Shown piece by piece: positions 38,561 to 48,334 of a stretch of DNA of 64,000 nucleotides. This stretch comes from Candidatus Gottesmanbacteria bacterium. GTDB taxonomy: Bacteria; Patescibacteriota; Microgenomatia; UBA10105; UBA927. A program made the position numbers and the translations under genes. Under the pieces are notes generated by a model. The model was given only the letters and a program-made list of their open reading frames with translations, was not told the origin of the DNA and did no database searches. The number at the start of each line of letters is the position of its first letter. The stretch's first letter is position 1. Location of the stretch: NCBI GenBank assembly GCA_023245335.1, contig JAHFKK010000001.1:1000019-1064018 (forward strand), given 5' to 3'.

Positions 38561-38987
38561 GTCACGTAGTTTGTAGGTGCTTATTCGCCAAAGCCTGTCG
38601 ACCTTGGCAAAAGAGGTTTACGATCCGAAAACCTTCATCCCTCACGCGGCGTCGCTCGGTCAGACTTTCGTCCATTGCCGAATATTCCCAGTTGCTGCCA
38701 TCCGTAGATGTATGGCCCGTGTCTCAGTGCCATTGTGGGGGGTCGTGCTCTCACACCCCCTATCCGTCGTCGCCTTGGTAGGCCTTTACCCCACCAACTA
38801 GCTGATAGATGCAGGGCCACTCCTCCTCCGCGCGGTTAAGCGCTTTGACCTTACGGCCTCATGCGGTATTACCCCGTCTTTCGACGAGCTATCCCACAGA
38901 AAAGGGCATGTTCCCTGCTTATACTCACCCGTCCGCCACTGTAAATTAAATCTTGCGACTCAAAAAACCGTTCGACTTGCATGCTTA

Positions 38988-39030
<43 letters not shown>

Positions 39031-39239
39031 AAAAAAATTGACGTAAGGAGCATTTGTTTGACCAAATTCTGCTTACATCAAAAAAAATCCTATCACCATT
39101 CGATTGTTAAAGTACTCTCCTGAGAGAAAACGTAGATTTTCTCCCAACGCGACCTAGTCAAGCTGGCAGGTGCTTTCGCGATTCCTGCCGTCGCTGCTTT
39201 TCCCGGTTAGTGAAAAGCGAGGTGATGCAAAGAGCGAAA

Positions 39240-39266
39240 AAAAGCCCCGCCATTGCGGGGTTTCTT
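39240..39266 (-). terminator. Rho-independent terminator
   Basis: On the minus strand: aaaccccgcaatggcggggcttttttt. Confidence 0.55.
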
Positions 39267-39367
39267 TGGAAAGAACCTCAATGACGTAGCTCTAGTCACT
39301 CATTGTTTTCCTATTATATGCGGAACGTCTATAACGCGTCAAGGTCGAAGAATGAGGGTCCGATCCT

Positions 39368-39949
39368 CTACTTTTTGTTCTTGCCGAATAACGCACTCAA
39401 TAACGTCACTTTCGCATTTGCCAAGGTCAACTCAATCTGCGCCTGAAATGCCTTTAGGACATCACCAAGACCATCCTGCATCCCTTGTACGGCACTCTTT
39501 GCTACAACGGATCCCAAGACTTCGGCTTCCGGCTGTAAACGCGCAATGACGCTCGGGACCTTGTCCTCAACACTGCTCATGAATCCTTGACCTGCCATTT
39601 GCCCGGATTGCGCGAGAAACATCGCATATCCGATTTTGATCTTAGTTGGAAATTCACGAATACTTTTTTCTATCTTTCGTATATCCTTTTTCAGTTCGCC
39701 TTTTTGTATTTCTTTCCCGACAACGAATGCGCCGGTCAGAAAAAGAGCCGTTCCGATGATTTCCGTGGCTACCTTCTTCGCGGCGTAGTATTTGGCCTCG
39801 CGATCGAGCTTTTTTTCAAACATGTACCGGGCTTCACCCTGTGTTTGGCTAAGGAGATAATCATTTTTCGCGCGGTACTCCTGATACCTGCCTGCAGGCG
39901 TATGGGAGTAGATCATTTCTTTAAGATTTGCCATAGAGCGTATGAACAA
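39368..39949 (-). CDS. Hypothetical membrane-associated protein
   Basis: 193 aa with one central hydrophobic segment. Confidence 0.4.
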   Translation of the reverse strand: MFIRSMANLKEMIYSHTPAGRYQEYRAKNDYLLSQTQGEARYMFEKKLDREAKYYAAKKVATEIIGTALFLTGAFVVGKEIQKGELKKDIRKIEKSIREFPTKIKIGYAMFLAQSGQMAGQGFMSSVEDKVPSVIARLQPEAEVLGSVVAKSAVQGMQDGLGDVLKAFQAQIELTLANAKVTLLSALFGKNKK

Positions 39950-40011
39950 GTTGAATACTGCCGGAGTATAGCAAATATGAGCCTATAGTGCAAATTGCCG
40001 CTACCCAAGTC

Positions 40012-40695
40012 TCATACGAGGAAAAGAAGACTCAAGCACCCGATCCCGGACCCCAAAAGCAGCCCCCCTAGGACGTCAGAAAACCAATGTTCACCCAAAT
40101 ATATCCGGCTTATTGATACGAGCAATACATAAACAACCGCAAGTATGATCGGGACCATTTTGTATACACGCGACTTGCCGTTCTCTTTGGTTAGAGTTGA
40201 CTTCAAATACAAGAGAACGCCGATTATCCCTATAAACAAAGCGCGGGCCGCATGCCCCGACGGATACGAAAATTGTTCATTCACATAGTTCGCCGGGAAA
40301 AGCGACGTCGGGTGCTTGATCATGCTAAACGGCGGTGAAGGATGGTGGACAATGGATTTGCCGTATAACTCCGCAAGAAGTATGAGCCCGAACCCTATAG
40401 GAATAACCATCGCCATCGGATAAAACCGCTTCTTTTTCCGGTCGTAAGCCATCCCAACCGCTAACACGATAACAACCACGCTGGTAAATGCCGGGCTCGC
40501 AAAAAATGTGGAGCCTTCCATGATATTGCCGACAAGGGACGCGAGCCGTAAATGTGCCGAGCGGTCTATCCGTTCCTGTATCTTCACGGTAACTGCGAAA
40601 TCGAGATTCCGCAGTTGTGGCCGGTCTTCAAACTTGGAAAGGAATGTGAACGCCACGAGACAACATATGCTCACTCCCAACGCGATGCGTTTCAT
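40012..40695 (-). CDS. PAP2-family phosphatase (candidate undecaprenyl-PP/lipid phosphate phosphatase)
   Basis: PAP2 motifs KxxxxxxRP, PSGH (SYPSGHAARA) and SRxxxxxHxxxD (SRIYLGEHWFSDV). Start taken at MKRIALG, which leaves a 52-bp divergent spacer to the next gene. Confidence 0.75.
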   Translation of the reverse strand: MKRIALGVSICCLVAFTFLSKFEDRPQLRNLDFAVTVKIQERIDRSAHLRLASLVGNIMEGSTFFASPAFTSVVVIVLAVGMAYDRKKKRFYPMAMVIPIGFGLILLAELYGKSIVHHPSPPFSMIKHPTSLFPANYVNEQFSYPSGHAARALFIGIIGVLLYLKSTLTKENGKSRVYKMVPIILAVVYVLLVSISRIYLGEHWFSDVLGGLLLGSGIGCLSLLFLV

Positions 40696-40747
40696 AGAAA
40701 CTATTGTATCGTATTTTCCTATGCTACAATGATTTGCGTACGACGAG

Positions 40748-42319
40748 ATGAAAAAAATACTGTTCTTTAGCCTCACCATTTTCCTAAGCGCCATCGCCGT
40801 ATGGTATGGCATCACCCATCACCGCGGCGTGACCTGCCCCCGATGCAACATTATCGTCATCACGGTAGACAGCATCCGCGCCGACCACCTACCCTGCTAC
40901 GGTTACGCACTAAATACCGCTCCTCATCTTTGTGCTTTTGCCGACGAAAATCTGCGCTTTACCCGCATGTTCGCAAATTCCACCTGGACACGTCCCAGTG
41001 AATTATCCATGCTGACATCTCTTTATCCGGTAAGTCATGGCATGACCGACCCTCTCCCTACTCATATGAATCCCAAAATTACGACACTGCCGCAAGTGTT
41101 GTATCGTAACGGTTATGAAACAACATTCGTGAGTAATGATCATCTGAACATGGCACTCGAGTTAGGCTTCGGACGGGGATTTCAGCACATCCAATTCACT
41201 CCGGCGATCATCAATGACGAAACGATGCACACGTGGTCGGACACGATAGACTCGATACAAACCGCGAACAAAAAACATAAACCGGCATTCGTTTTTATCC
41301 ACACGGACCATGTCCATGATTACATCGAAGAAATTCTACGGCCCCCGCAAAAATTCCCACTAGATCCGGCCTACCGGTCAAATATAAACTATCCAAAACA
41401 ATTTACCGAAGAAACCTGGAAACGTTCCATCGATTATCTTACCCACAGCATGGAGGTTGGTTGGGGAACCGACCCGATAAACGAGCAGGACGCATGGCGC
41501 ACACAACTGCGGCAGGCCAAAACATTGGACGAGGCACGTCAGGTATTTCTCCAGTTTCCAGAAACTCTCCAGTATGATCTCTATCTCAACATCGCACAGG
41601 ATGATCTCTATAAAAATAATTTTGCCGATTTCATGGAATTATGCAGACACCTCTATGATGAGAATATCCGCACCTTTGATCTATCATTTGAAAAACTCCT
41701 CAAGCGCATCGATGAGGACGGCATCAGCCGGAACACGATTGTCGTCGTAATCGGCGACCACGGACAGCTCTTGGGTGAATACGGGCTCATCGGACACATC
41801 CTCGGCATATCCAACGAGGAAATCCACGTTCCCTTTATTGCTCGGATTCCCGGACTATCATCACGTGTCATTGACGGATTGACACAGGGCATCGATCTCT
41901 ACCCCACGCTTCTGGATGTGGTGGGGATATCGCCGCCGAAGACCGTTGCCGGCATCAGTCTCCGTAAACTCTTGACGAATCAAAAAAACGCGCCGCAGAA
42001 TAAATACGTCATAAGCCAGACGCTGCTTCCGGATCACTTGGAAAGCATACAAACAGACCGTTGGCGACTTGTCGAAGGATTTTATCCCATTGGAATCTCA
42101 CGAAATCTCTACGACCTTGCACGCGATCCCAAACAACTCCACAGCGTATCCCCGACGACACAGCCCGTCGTTGATGCGCTCACCAAACTTTTAGAAACCA
42201 CCATACGCCGGCAACCCGTCTATCCGCCGGTGCAGTCGGCCTTCCCTGATTGGTTTGATGCGACTGTCCGAAAACAACGCATAGACAAAGGCTATTACTT
42301 TGACCCGCTTCATGGTTAA
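40748..42319 (+). CDS. Sulfatase-like (alkaline-phosphatase superfamily, PF00884-like) membrane-anchored protein, paralog 1; Thr-type LtaS/EptA-like candidate phosphotransferase
   Basis: N-terminal TM, then CPRCNIIVITVDSIRADHLPCYGY (metal-ligand Asp region). NSTWTRPSELSMLTSLYP sits where the sulfatase C/S-x-P-x-R motif would be. Confidence 0.75.
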   Translation: MKKILFFSLTIFLSAIAVWYGITHHRGVTCPRCNIIVITVDSIRADHLPCYGYALNTAPHLCAFADENLRFTRMFANSTWTRPSELSMLTSLYPVSHGMTDPLPTHMNPKITTLPQVLYRNGYETTFVSNDHLNMALELGFGRGFQHIQFTPAIINDETMHTWSDTIDSIQTANKKHKPAFVFIHTDHVHDYIEEILRPPQKFPLDPAYRSNINYPKQFTEETWKRSIDYLTHSMEVGWGTDPINEQDAWRTQLRQAKTLDEARQVFLQFPETLQYDLYLNIAQDDLYKNNFADFMELCRHLYDENIRTFDLSFEKLLKRIDEDGISRNTIVVVIGDHGQLLGEYGLIGHILGISNEEIHVPFIARIPGLSSRVIDGLTQGIDLYPTLLDVVGISPPKTVAGISLRKLLTNQKNAPQNKYVISQTLLPDHLESIQTDRWRLVEGFYPIGISRNLYDLARDPKQLHSVSPTTQPVVDALTKLLETTIRRQPVYPPVQSAFPDWFDATVRKQRIDKGYYFDPLHG

Positions 42320-43883
42320 ATCAGCCACTATCGGCAGTATCATATTCCTAAGTATATTCACGGTGGTTATACTTTGGCGCTCGCCTCTCAGAGCATCCCG
42401 CACCCCCGTTTGCTGGCACTGCAACGTCATCCTCATAACCGTAGATAGCCTGCGGGCGGACAGTCTCCCCTGTTATGGATACGCGAAAAATACCGCCCCG
42501 TTCATGTGTGAGTACGCAAAAAAGAATATACTATTCTCCCGAGCGTACGCACCTTCGTCCTGGACCCTGCCAAGCGAAATGTCGCTTTTCACCGGTTTAT
42601 ATCCCACCAACCACGGCATGGACACGGCGATGCAGGATATGCTGAACCCACAGATCACTACGCTCCCGATGGCTCTTCAAAAGAGCGGCTACGAAACGAC
42701 AGCGATCTCAAATGCGCAACCCAACATCGGTTTAGAACAAGGATTGGGACGCGGGTTTACGACAGTAAAAGCTACTCCAAATACTCCACATGATGCGATA
42801 CCCATGCTCCTTGAGGCAGTCGATACGATTCAAACTACAAACGACAGGCACAAGCCGGCATTTGTGTATTTTCATACCGATGGCGTACACAACTACAACA
42901 GCGGTTTCCCTGACGTGCCCTCGTCCTACCCGCTCGATCCTACTTATCATCCGCCGATGATGCCCAAAGACATGTACGCATTTACCCAAAATACGTGGGA
43001 CGTGATGCTTGATCATCTTCTATGGGTAACAAACGTGGATGGTAACAAAAATATTGACGACCCATATACGCGCAGCTATACGCACCTTATGAACGCAAAG
43101 ACACTTTCAGAGGCGAAAACGGTGTTTGACTCGCTGCCGTCCGCCGACCGGAATGCAATCAGCTGGGAAAGCGGTAATGATAAAGTACGGGAATTTCTCG
43201 GATCGGATTACGCGCCGCTTTCCCGGCACCTCTATGACGAAGCCGTCCGAAACGTCGATACCTATATGACACAGGTATTCACGCGTCTTGCCGAACGGAA
43301 TCTGGATAAAAATACGATCGTCATCATCACCTCAGAACACGGAGAATTCCTGGGAGAACGCGGACTTTTCGGTCACGGGACGCAATTTTTTGATCCCGAA
43401 ACCCATGTCCCGCTCATTATGCATGTACCCAACGTTTCGCAAAAGACGGTCACGGGACTCACATCCCTTCTTGACGTCTATGCTACCGTTATTGACCTCC
43501 TCGAACTCCGCGTACGGGCCCCCGCAACGAGTGTCAGCCAAGCAAAAACGCTCTTCCTCAAACGTCCTGCGTCTGCCCGCACGTTTGTCATCAGTGAATG
43601 GTTCAGCAACATGCACAATAAAAGCATACGCACGAACGAGTGGCACCTCTTAGAAACACGGAGCCCAAGCGGAGAAGCAATCCGCGAACTGTATCATATT
43701 CTGTTCGATCCGTCCGAAACGACCAATGTCGCCTCTACCAACGCTTCTGTCGTCGCGGCCCTTTCGAAACTCCTTCGCGACACACCGTATTCCGAACAAC
43801 TCTACGAACCAGTCTCCCGATCGTTTCCGGACTGGATCGACGAGGCACATCGCAAAAAACTCATAGAAACAGGGTATTATTAA
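42300..43883 (+). CDS. Sulfatase-like Thr-type alkaline-phosphatase superfamily protein, paralog 2
   Basis: CWHCNVILITVDSLRADSLPCYGY; SSWTLPSEMSLFTGLYP; C-terminal WIDEAHRKKLIETGYY. Confidence 0.75.
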   Translation: MTRFMVKSATIGSIIFLSIFTVVILWRSPLRASRTPVCWHCNVILITVDSLRADSLPCYGYAKNTAPFMCEYAKKNILFSRAYAPSSWTLPSEMSLFTGLYPTNHGMDTAMQDMLNPQITTLPMALQKSGYETTAISNAQPNIGLEQGLGRGFTTVKATPNTPHDAIPMLLEAVDTIQTTNDRHKPAFVYFHTDGVHNYNSGFPDVPSSYPLDPTYHPPMMPKDMYAFTQNTWDVMLDHLLWVTNVDGNKNIDDPYTRSYTHLMNAKTLSEAKTVFDSLPSADRNAISWESGNDKVREFLGSDYAPLSRHLYDEAVRNVDTYMTQVFTRLAERNLDKNTIVIITSEHGEFLGERGLFGHGTQFFDPETHVPLIMHVPNVSQKTVTGLTSLLDVYATVIDLLELRVRAPATSVSQAKTLFLKRPASARTFVISEWFSNMHNKSIRTNEWHLLETRSPSGEAIRELYHILFDPSETTNVASTNASVVAALSKLLRDTPYSEQLYEPVSRSFPDWIDEAHRKKLIETGYY

Positions 43884-43896
43884 AATAATAAAGACC

Positions 43897-45477
43897 ATGA
43901 AAATACACCGGGGGTTCATCGTCATTTGTATCATCCTTCTCATAGGATTCATCGTCTTCATGCGCGAAATGCTCCATCCTCTCTCGTATCGAAATTCCTC
44001 CGCCTTATGCTGGAAATGTAATGTGGTAATTATCGCGATCGACCTTCTACGCGCAGACAGCCTCCCCTGCTATGGGTACCGCTTCGATACCGCCCCGAAT
44101 TTGTGCGCGTACAGCAACAATAACATCCAGTTTTCCCGAGCGTATGCGACATCGTCATGGACGCAACCAAGCGAGGCTTCACTGTTTACCGGACTTTACC
44201 TGCACAGTCACGGCATGAGCGCATCCATGCGCACGATGCTCAATCCCCAGGTCGCGACGTTACCAAAAATTCTATATGCTCATGGCTACGAAACTATCGC
44301 CGTTTCTAACATACAGCCGAACGTCGGCTTGGAAATGGGCTTAGGTAAAGGTTTTACGTCGGTTCGGTTGATCCCCGATACTCCCAATGATTCTGTACGG
44401 GGACTGCTTGGGGCGATCGACGCCATACAAAATGCCAATAATCATCGACGGCCGGCATTCGTGTTTTACCATACGGATACGGTCAGGGATTATCTCAATG
44501 ACATATCCGACCCCCCATCTTCATTTTCATTTGATCCCGTCTACCACTCACCGGCGTTACCTAAAAATATCTACGAGTTCACTGAGCATACATGGACGGT
44601 AATGCGCGACCATCTGCTCTATATCATAAATGTCGATACGCTTCGCGACAAAGACCGTACGTACAGCAAACTGTACGACAAGCTCCAAAACGCAAAAACA
44701 CTTGCAGATGCACGGAAGGTATATGATGCATTACCGGCGTCAGAACAGGGCGAGATTATTTGGGAAAGCGGACAGGCGACCGTACGAACAACACTCGGTA
44801 ATCGCTACGCACCGTTTGTCCGACACCTCTACGATGATTCTGTACGTACCATAGACGACGCCCTGCGTCCGGCTATAGAAAAACTCTCACAGCGCGCGCT
44901 AAGTCGTCGCACCGTGGTGATCATAACGTCAGAACACGGTGAATATCTGGGGGAACGCGGCATCTTCGGCCACACTCAGCCGTTATTTGAACCGGAGACG
45001 CACGTTCCGCTTATTATGCATATCCCGAAAATATCTAAGGCCCGCGTAGAAACGCTCGCTTCACTCATTGATATCTACCACACCGTCTTCGATCTCATCG
45101 GCGTACGTACGGCCATTCCGAAAAGCAGCATTAGTCAAATACCGGCAATACTGCATGACACGCGCGAACCGGGACGAACGTTTGTCATAAGCGAATGGGC
45201 GCATACTCACCGTGACGAGAGTATCCGTACAAACGAGTGGCACTTCATGATGCGATGGACCTCTAATATCATGACGGAGGAGTTGTATGACCTATCCACC
45301 GATCCGACCGAAACCAAGAATGTTGCTTCTACTCATCCGAGCGTAGTGAAATCCTTGAAAGAAACGCTCTACCTGACGCTCGGCTTGGAACCCGTGTATA
45401 CACCTATCAATCTATCTTTTCCAAACTGGATTGACGAGGCTCATCGGAAAAAACTGATTGAGACTGGATACTACTAG
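43897..45477 (+). CDS. Sulfatase-like Thr-type alkaline-phosphatase superfamily protein, paralog 3
   Basis: CWKCNVVIIAIDLLRADSLPCYGY; SSWTQPSEASLFTGLY. The C-terminal 16 aa are identical to paralog 2. Confidence 0.75.
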   Translation: MKIHRGFIVICIILLIGFIVFMREMLHPLSYRNSSALCWKCNVVIIAIDLLRADSLPCYGYRFDTAPNLCAYSNNNIQFSRAYATSSWTQPSEASLFTGLYLHSHGMSASMRTMLNPQVATLPKILYAHGYETIAVSNIQPNVGLEMGLGKGFTSVRLIPDTPNDSVRGLLGAIDAIQNANNHRRPAFVFYHTDTVRDYLNDISDPPSSFSFDPVYHSPALPKNIYEFTEHTWTVMRDHLLYIINVDTLRDKDRTYSKLYDKLQNAKTLADARKVYDALPASEQGEIIWESGQATVRTTLGNRYAPFVRHLYDDSVRTIDDALRPAIEKLSQRALSRRTVVIITSEHGEYLGERGIFGHTQPLFEPETHVPLIMHIPKISKARVETLASLIDIYHTVFDLIGVRTAIPKSSISQIPAILHDTREPGRTFVISEWAHTHRDESIRTNEWHFMMRWTSNIMTEELYDLSTDPTETKNVASTHPSVVKSLKETLYLTLGLEPVYTPINLSFPNWIDEAHRKKLIETGYY

Positions 45478-47027
45478 CGGCGCACAGCGTTCGCGAAACT
45501 TTGCCACTCTGCGTCAAGCCTACTATTCTCCTTCATGAGGCGTTTTGCGGTGTCCAAATGATCGGCGAGAACGTTATTTGTTTCCATCGGATCCTGCGCT
45601 ACATTATATAACTCATACGGAACGAACCCTCCGTTTAACCATTTCATGAACATTTTCCAGCCATCATTCCGTACCGTTTTGACTTCATGATCTGTGTTGT
45701 ATCCGTTGGCAATAAGTAAACGATCCCTCAATCTATTGCCGACTGCACTATCTAAAAGACTGATCCCCTGGAAAAGGTAACGCCGCACCGGTAGCCCCAG
45801 CGCATCGATAATCGTTGGGGCGATATCTATGCCTTGCACCGGACCTTCCACAACGTGCTTGTCGTATCCCGGGATAGACACGATAAAGGGCACTTTTGTA
45901 TTGGAGTCATACAGCGTTATATGACCTAGCCTGCCATGTTCCATAAATTCCTCACCATGTTCTGACGTAATCACTACAATCGTATTTTTTTGTATCGCGG
46001 GGCTCTCAAGAAATGGAATAAGCACCCGGCCGATCCATGCATCCAATTCAAATATCTTCTGATCATAGAGCGCCTTGACGTATTCCACCTGACGGGGATC
46101 ACGAAGGTCTATTTTAGAAAAATAGTTATATTCGGTATAGTAAGAATCCAGTTCGTTCTCTTTGCTTTGCGCAAGTTGTTTTGCAGCCGAGAGCGTCGGC
46201 GCATTTTCCAGTTTCTCAAGAAAAGCCGTATCAACCGTCGCATTCGGTTTCCCCACAGTCTGGGACAATTGATCGACAAGGTACCGGTAAAAACCGGGAG
46301 AAAAATTGTCGTAAATTCCGTCCCACGTCAGCGGTATATTGGGGAAACGATCATTGGTAAACATCGGTGTGGGATTGTTGGGAATATACGGACCGTGCGC
46401 CTCATATGAATGAAGGTATAGAAATGTCTTATGCCCGTTTGTCACGCTTTTGAGGAACGCTGTCAGCGCCGCGCCGAGATCCTCATCCGGACCGTATCCG
46501 ACGGGGATAACACCAGTGACTCCTTGTTTATAGACGCCGTCGACGGGAAACGCCTGATCATGTTCGGGAACTCCGAAATATGTGGTGTATCCGTTTTGCC
46601 GCAATATTTCCGGCAACAGCGGCGCGGTCGCCGGCAACGTCTTCATTTCATCCTCAAGATTGAGGATCCGGTGATACTGCGGATACCAGGAGGTAAACAT
46701 CGACACATCGGCAGGAAGCGTCCATGACGCATTGCTATATGCGTTTTTAAAAAGAACCGATCTTCCTGCATACCTGCAGAGATTCGGGGCGGTGTTTCTC
46801 GCATATCCATAACAGGGCAGGTGGTTTGCGCTCACGGTATCGAGTGAGATCACGATGACATTACAATTTTTGCATACCGGTCCCCTCCTCTGAAAAAATC
46901 CGGCGAGACGGGAGAAATAAGGTGATACAATGAGAAAAAGAATGGCGATGAGACTACCGATGATAACCATCGCACGAATGTGTTTACGGTTTGGGAAACA
47001 ATCATCAATGAACGTACGGTAGCGCAT
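45474..47027 (-). CDS. Sulfatase-like Thr-type alkaline-phosphatase superfamily protein, paralog 4
   Basis: CKNCNVIVISLDTVSANHLPCYGY; ASWTLPADVSMFTSWYP. Convergent with paralog 3, overlapping it by 4 bp. Confidence 0.7.
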   Translation of the reverse strand: MRYRTFIDDCFPNRKHIRAMVIIGSLIAILFLIVSPYFSRLAGFFQRRGPVCKNCNVIVISLDTVSANHLPCYGYARNTAPNLCRYAGRSVLFKNAYSNASWTLPADVSMFTSWYPQYHRILNLEDEMKTLPATAPLLPEILRQNGYTTYFGVPEHDQAFPVDGVYKQGVTGVIPVGYGPDEDLGAALTAFLKSVTNGHKTFLYLHSYEAHGPYIPNNPTPMFTNDRFPNIPLTWDGIYDNFSPGFYRYLVDQLSQTVGKPNATVDTAFLEKLENAPTLSAAKQLAQSKENELDSYYTEYNYFSKIDLRDPRQVEYVKALYDQKIFELDAWIGRVLIPFLESPAIQKNTIVVITSEHGEEFMEHGRLGHITLYDSNTKVPFIVSIPGYDKHVVEGPVQGIDIAPTIIDALGLPVRRYLFQGISLLDSAVGNRLRDRLLIANGYNTDHEVKTVRNDGWKMFMKWLNGGFVPYELYNVAQDPMETNNVLADHLDTAKRLMKENSRLDAEWQSFANAVRR

Positions 47028-47056
47028 ACGAGCGGTATACCTCTAGAGTATACCAG

Positions 47057-47698
47057 ATGCCTATGAGACCGAATCGACATTTCTCGTACCATTTTTCCAC
47101 AAACTCGCTTCTGTATTCCTTCATGATTCTTATCGGTCTTTTTCTGTTCGCTTTTGCCATGTCGTATCACACGTGCGACAGACTCACCTGTATCTCTGTT
47201 TCCGGAAAACACACGTGGAAAGAGATAGACGCGTACGAACATACGGCAAAGACATATCGCGCGCTCTTTCAAGCAAATACCTATCGGGTCCGGGTAGAAA
47301 AAAATTCAGGACTCACGACCGACGATGCGGCGCTCCTTATGAAGGTAAACATGATGAAAATTTCCGGCCTGTTCGATGACGCCCGCTCACCATACCCGGG
47401 CGCATTGTCCGACCGGATTGTCTGCGATCATGCCTACAAACCGGACATCCGGCATATGACAAACGACTCGCAACTACCGATTACCTACTACACGGGGTGG
47501 CTCAATGACCGACTCCAATTCGGCTCATGTTTGGACTCGGAACTACCATACAAAAGCTATAACGCATATGCGTATTGCCCCCGGGAAAAAGCGTTATATC
47601 ATCTCGAGTGGATTATAAACCGCTCGAAGGACAATGAGGATGAATATATGAATTCGATGCGTACCATGCGGTGTCAAACACCATTCCCATCTCTTTAA
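47057..47698 (+). CDS. Membrane-anchored Cys-containing hypothetical protein
   Basis: 213 aa with an N-terminal TM (LLYSFMILIGLFLFAFAM) and a probable extracytoplasmic domain with 6 Cys. Confidence 0.4.
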   Translation: MPMRPNRHFSYHFSTNSLLYSFMILIGLFLFAFAMSYHTCDRLTCISVSGKHTWKEIDAYEHTAKTYRALFQANTYRVRVEKNSGLTTDDAALLMKVNMMKISGLFDDARSPYPGALSDRIVCDHAYKPDIRHMTNDSQLPITYYTGWLNDRLQFGSCLDSELPYKSYNAYAYCPREKALYHLEWIINRSKDNEDEYMNSMRTMRCQTPFPSL

Positions 47699-47713
47699 GT
47701 CCGGGGTAGTATG

Positions 47714-48334
47714 TTATGGAAGCGATCCTTCTGCCTGTTTCATGATTTCGTAAAGGATGATGCCGCAGCTGACCATCACGTTGAGGCTTATGTTAATCCC
47801 CCACATGGGCATCTCTACGATGAGATCTGCCATATCAAGCACCTCGGAAGAAACGCCTTTTGTTTCGTTCCCGACAACGATCGCCAAGGGCAACGCATAT
47901 CGTACATCGTAAAACCGTTTGCTTCTTTTATCCTGTTCGACCGCCACGACGGTAAGCTTCGGGTTCGTCGCCTTGAGCGTCAAAATAGCCGCGGCTGCGG
48001 TCGTCGCATATTCCCAGTTTACCCAACCGGTCGTGTTAATAGACGCTTTTTTTATTCTGGAGTTCGGGGGGGTCAGCGTCTCGCCGCAAAGGATGACTTT
48101 TTCAGCTGCAACCGCATCGGCAAGCCGGAAAATCGATCCCACATTATACGTATCCAATACGTTATCGACGATAATAATAATCGGATTTTTTGTAATTGCC
48201 CGTTGCACGTCAGCATCCGGTACGGTCGTACGAAGTTCTCGTGCATTCAGTTTGATCATGGACTGATTATACTCGGAAATACGTGATACTATACATACCA
48301 TACGGTCACCGTTCATATGAAATCTACTCAACAA
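47714..48334 (-). CDS. TrmH/SpoU-family RNA 2'-O-methyltransferase
   Basis: SPOUT motifs: IIIVDNVLDTYNVGSIFR, VVGNETKGVS, and MPMWGINISLNV (knot). Confidence 0.8.
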   Translation of the reverse strand: MLSRFHMNGDRMVCIVSRISEYNQSMIKLNARELRTTVPDADVQRAITKNPIIIIVDNVLDTYNVGSIFRLADAVAAEKVILCGETLTPPNSRIKKASINTTGWVNWEYATTAAAAILTLKATNPKLTVVAVEQDKRSKRFYDVRYALPLAIVVGNETKGVSSEVLDMADLIVEMPMWGINISLNVMVSCGIILYEIMKQAEGSLP

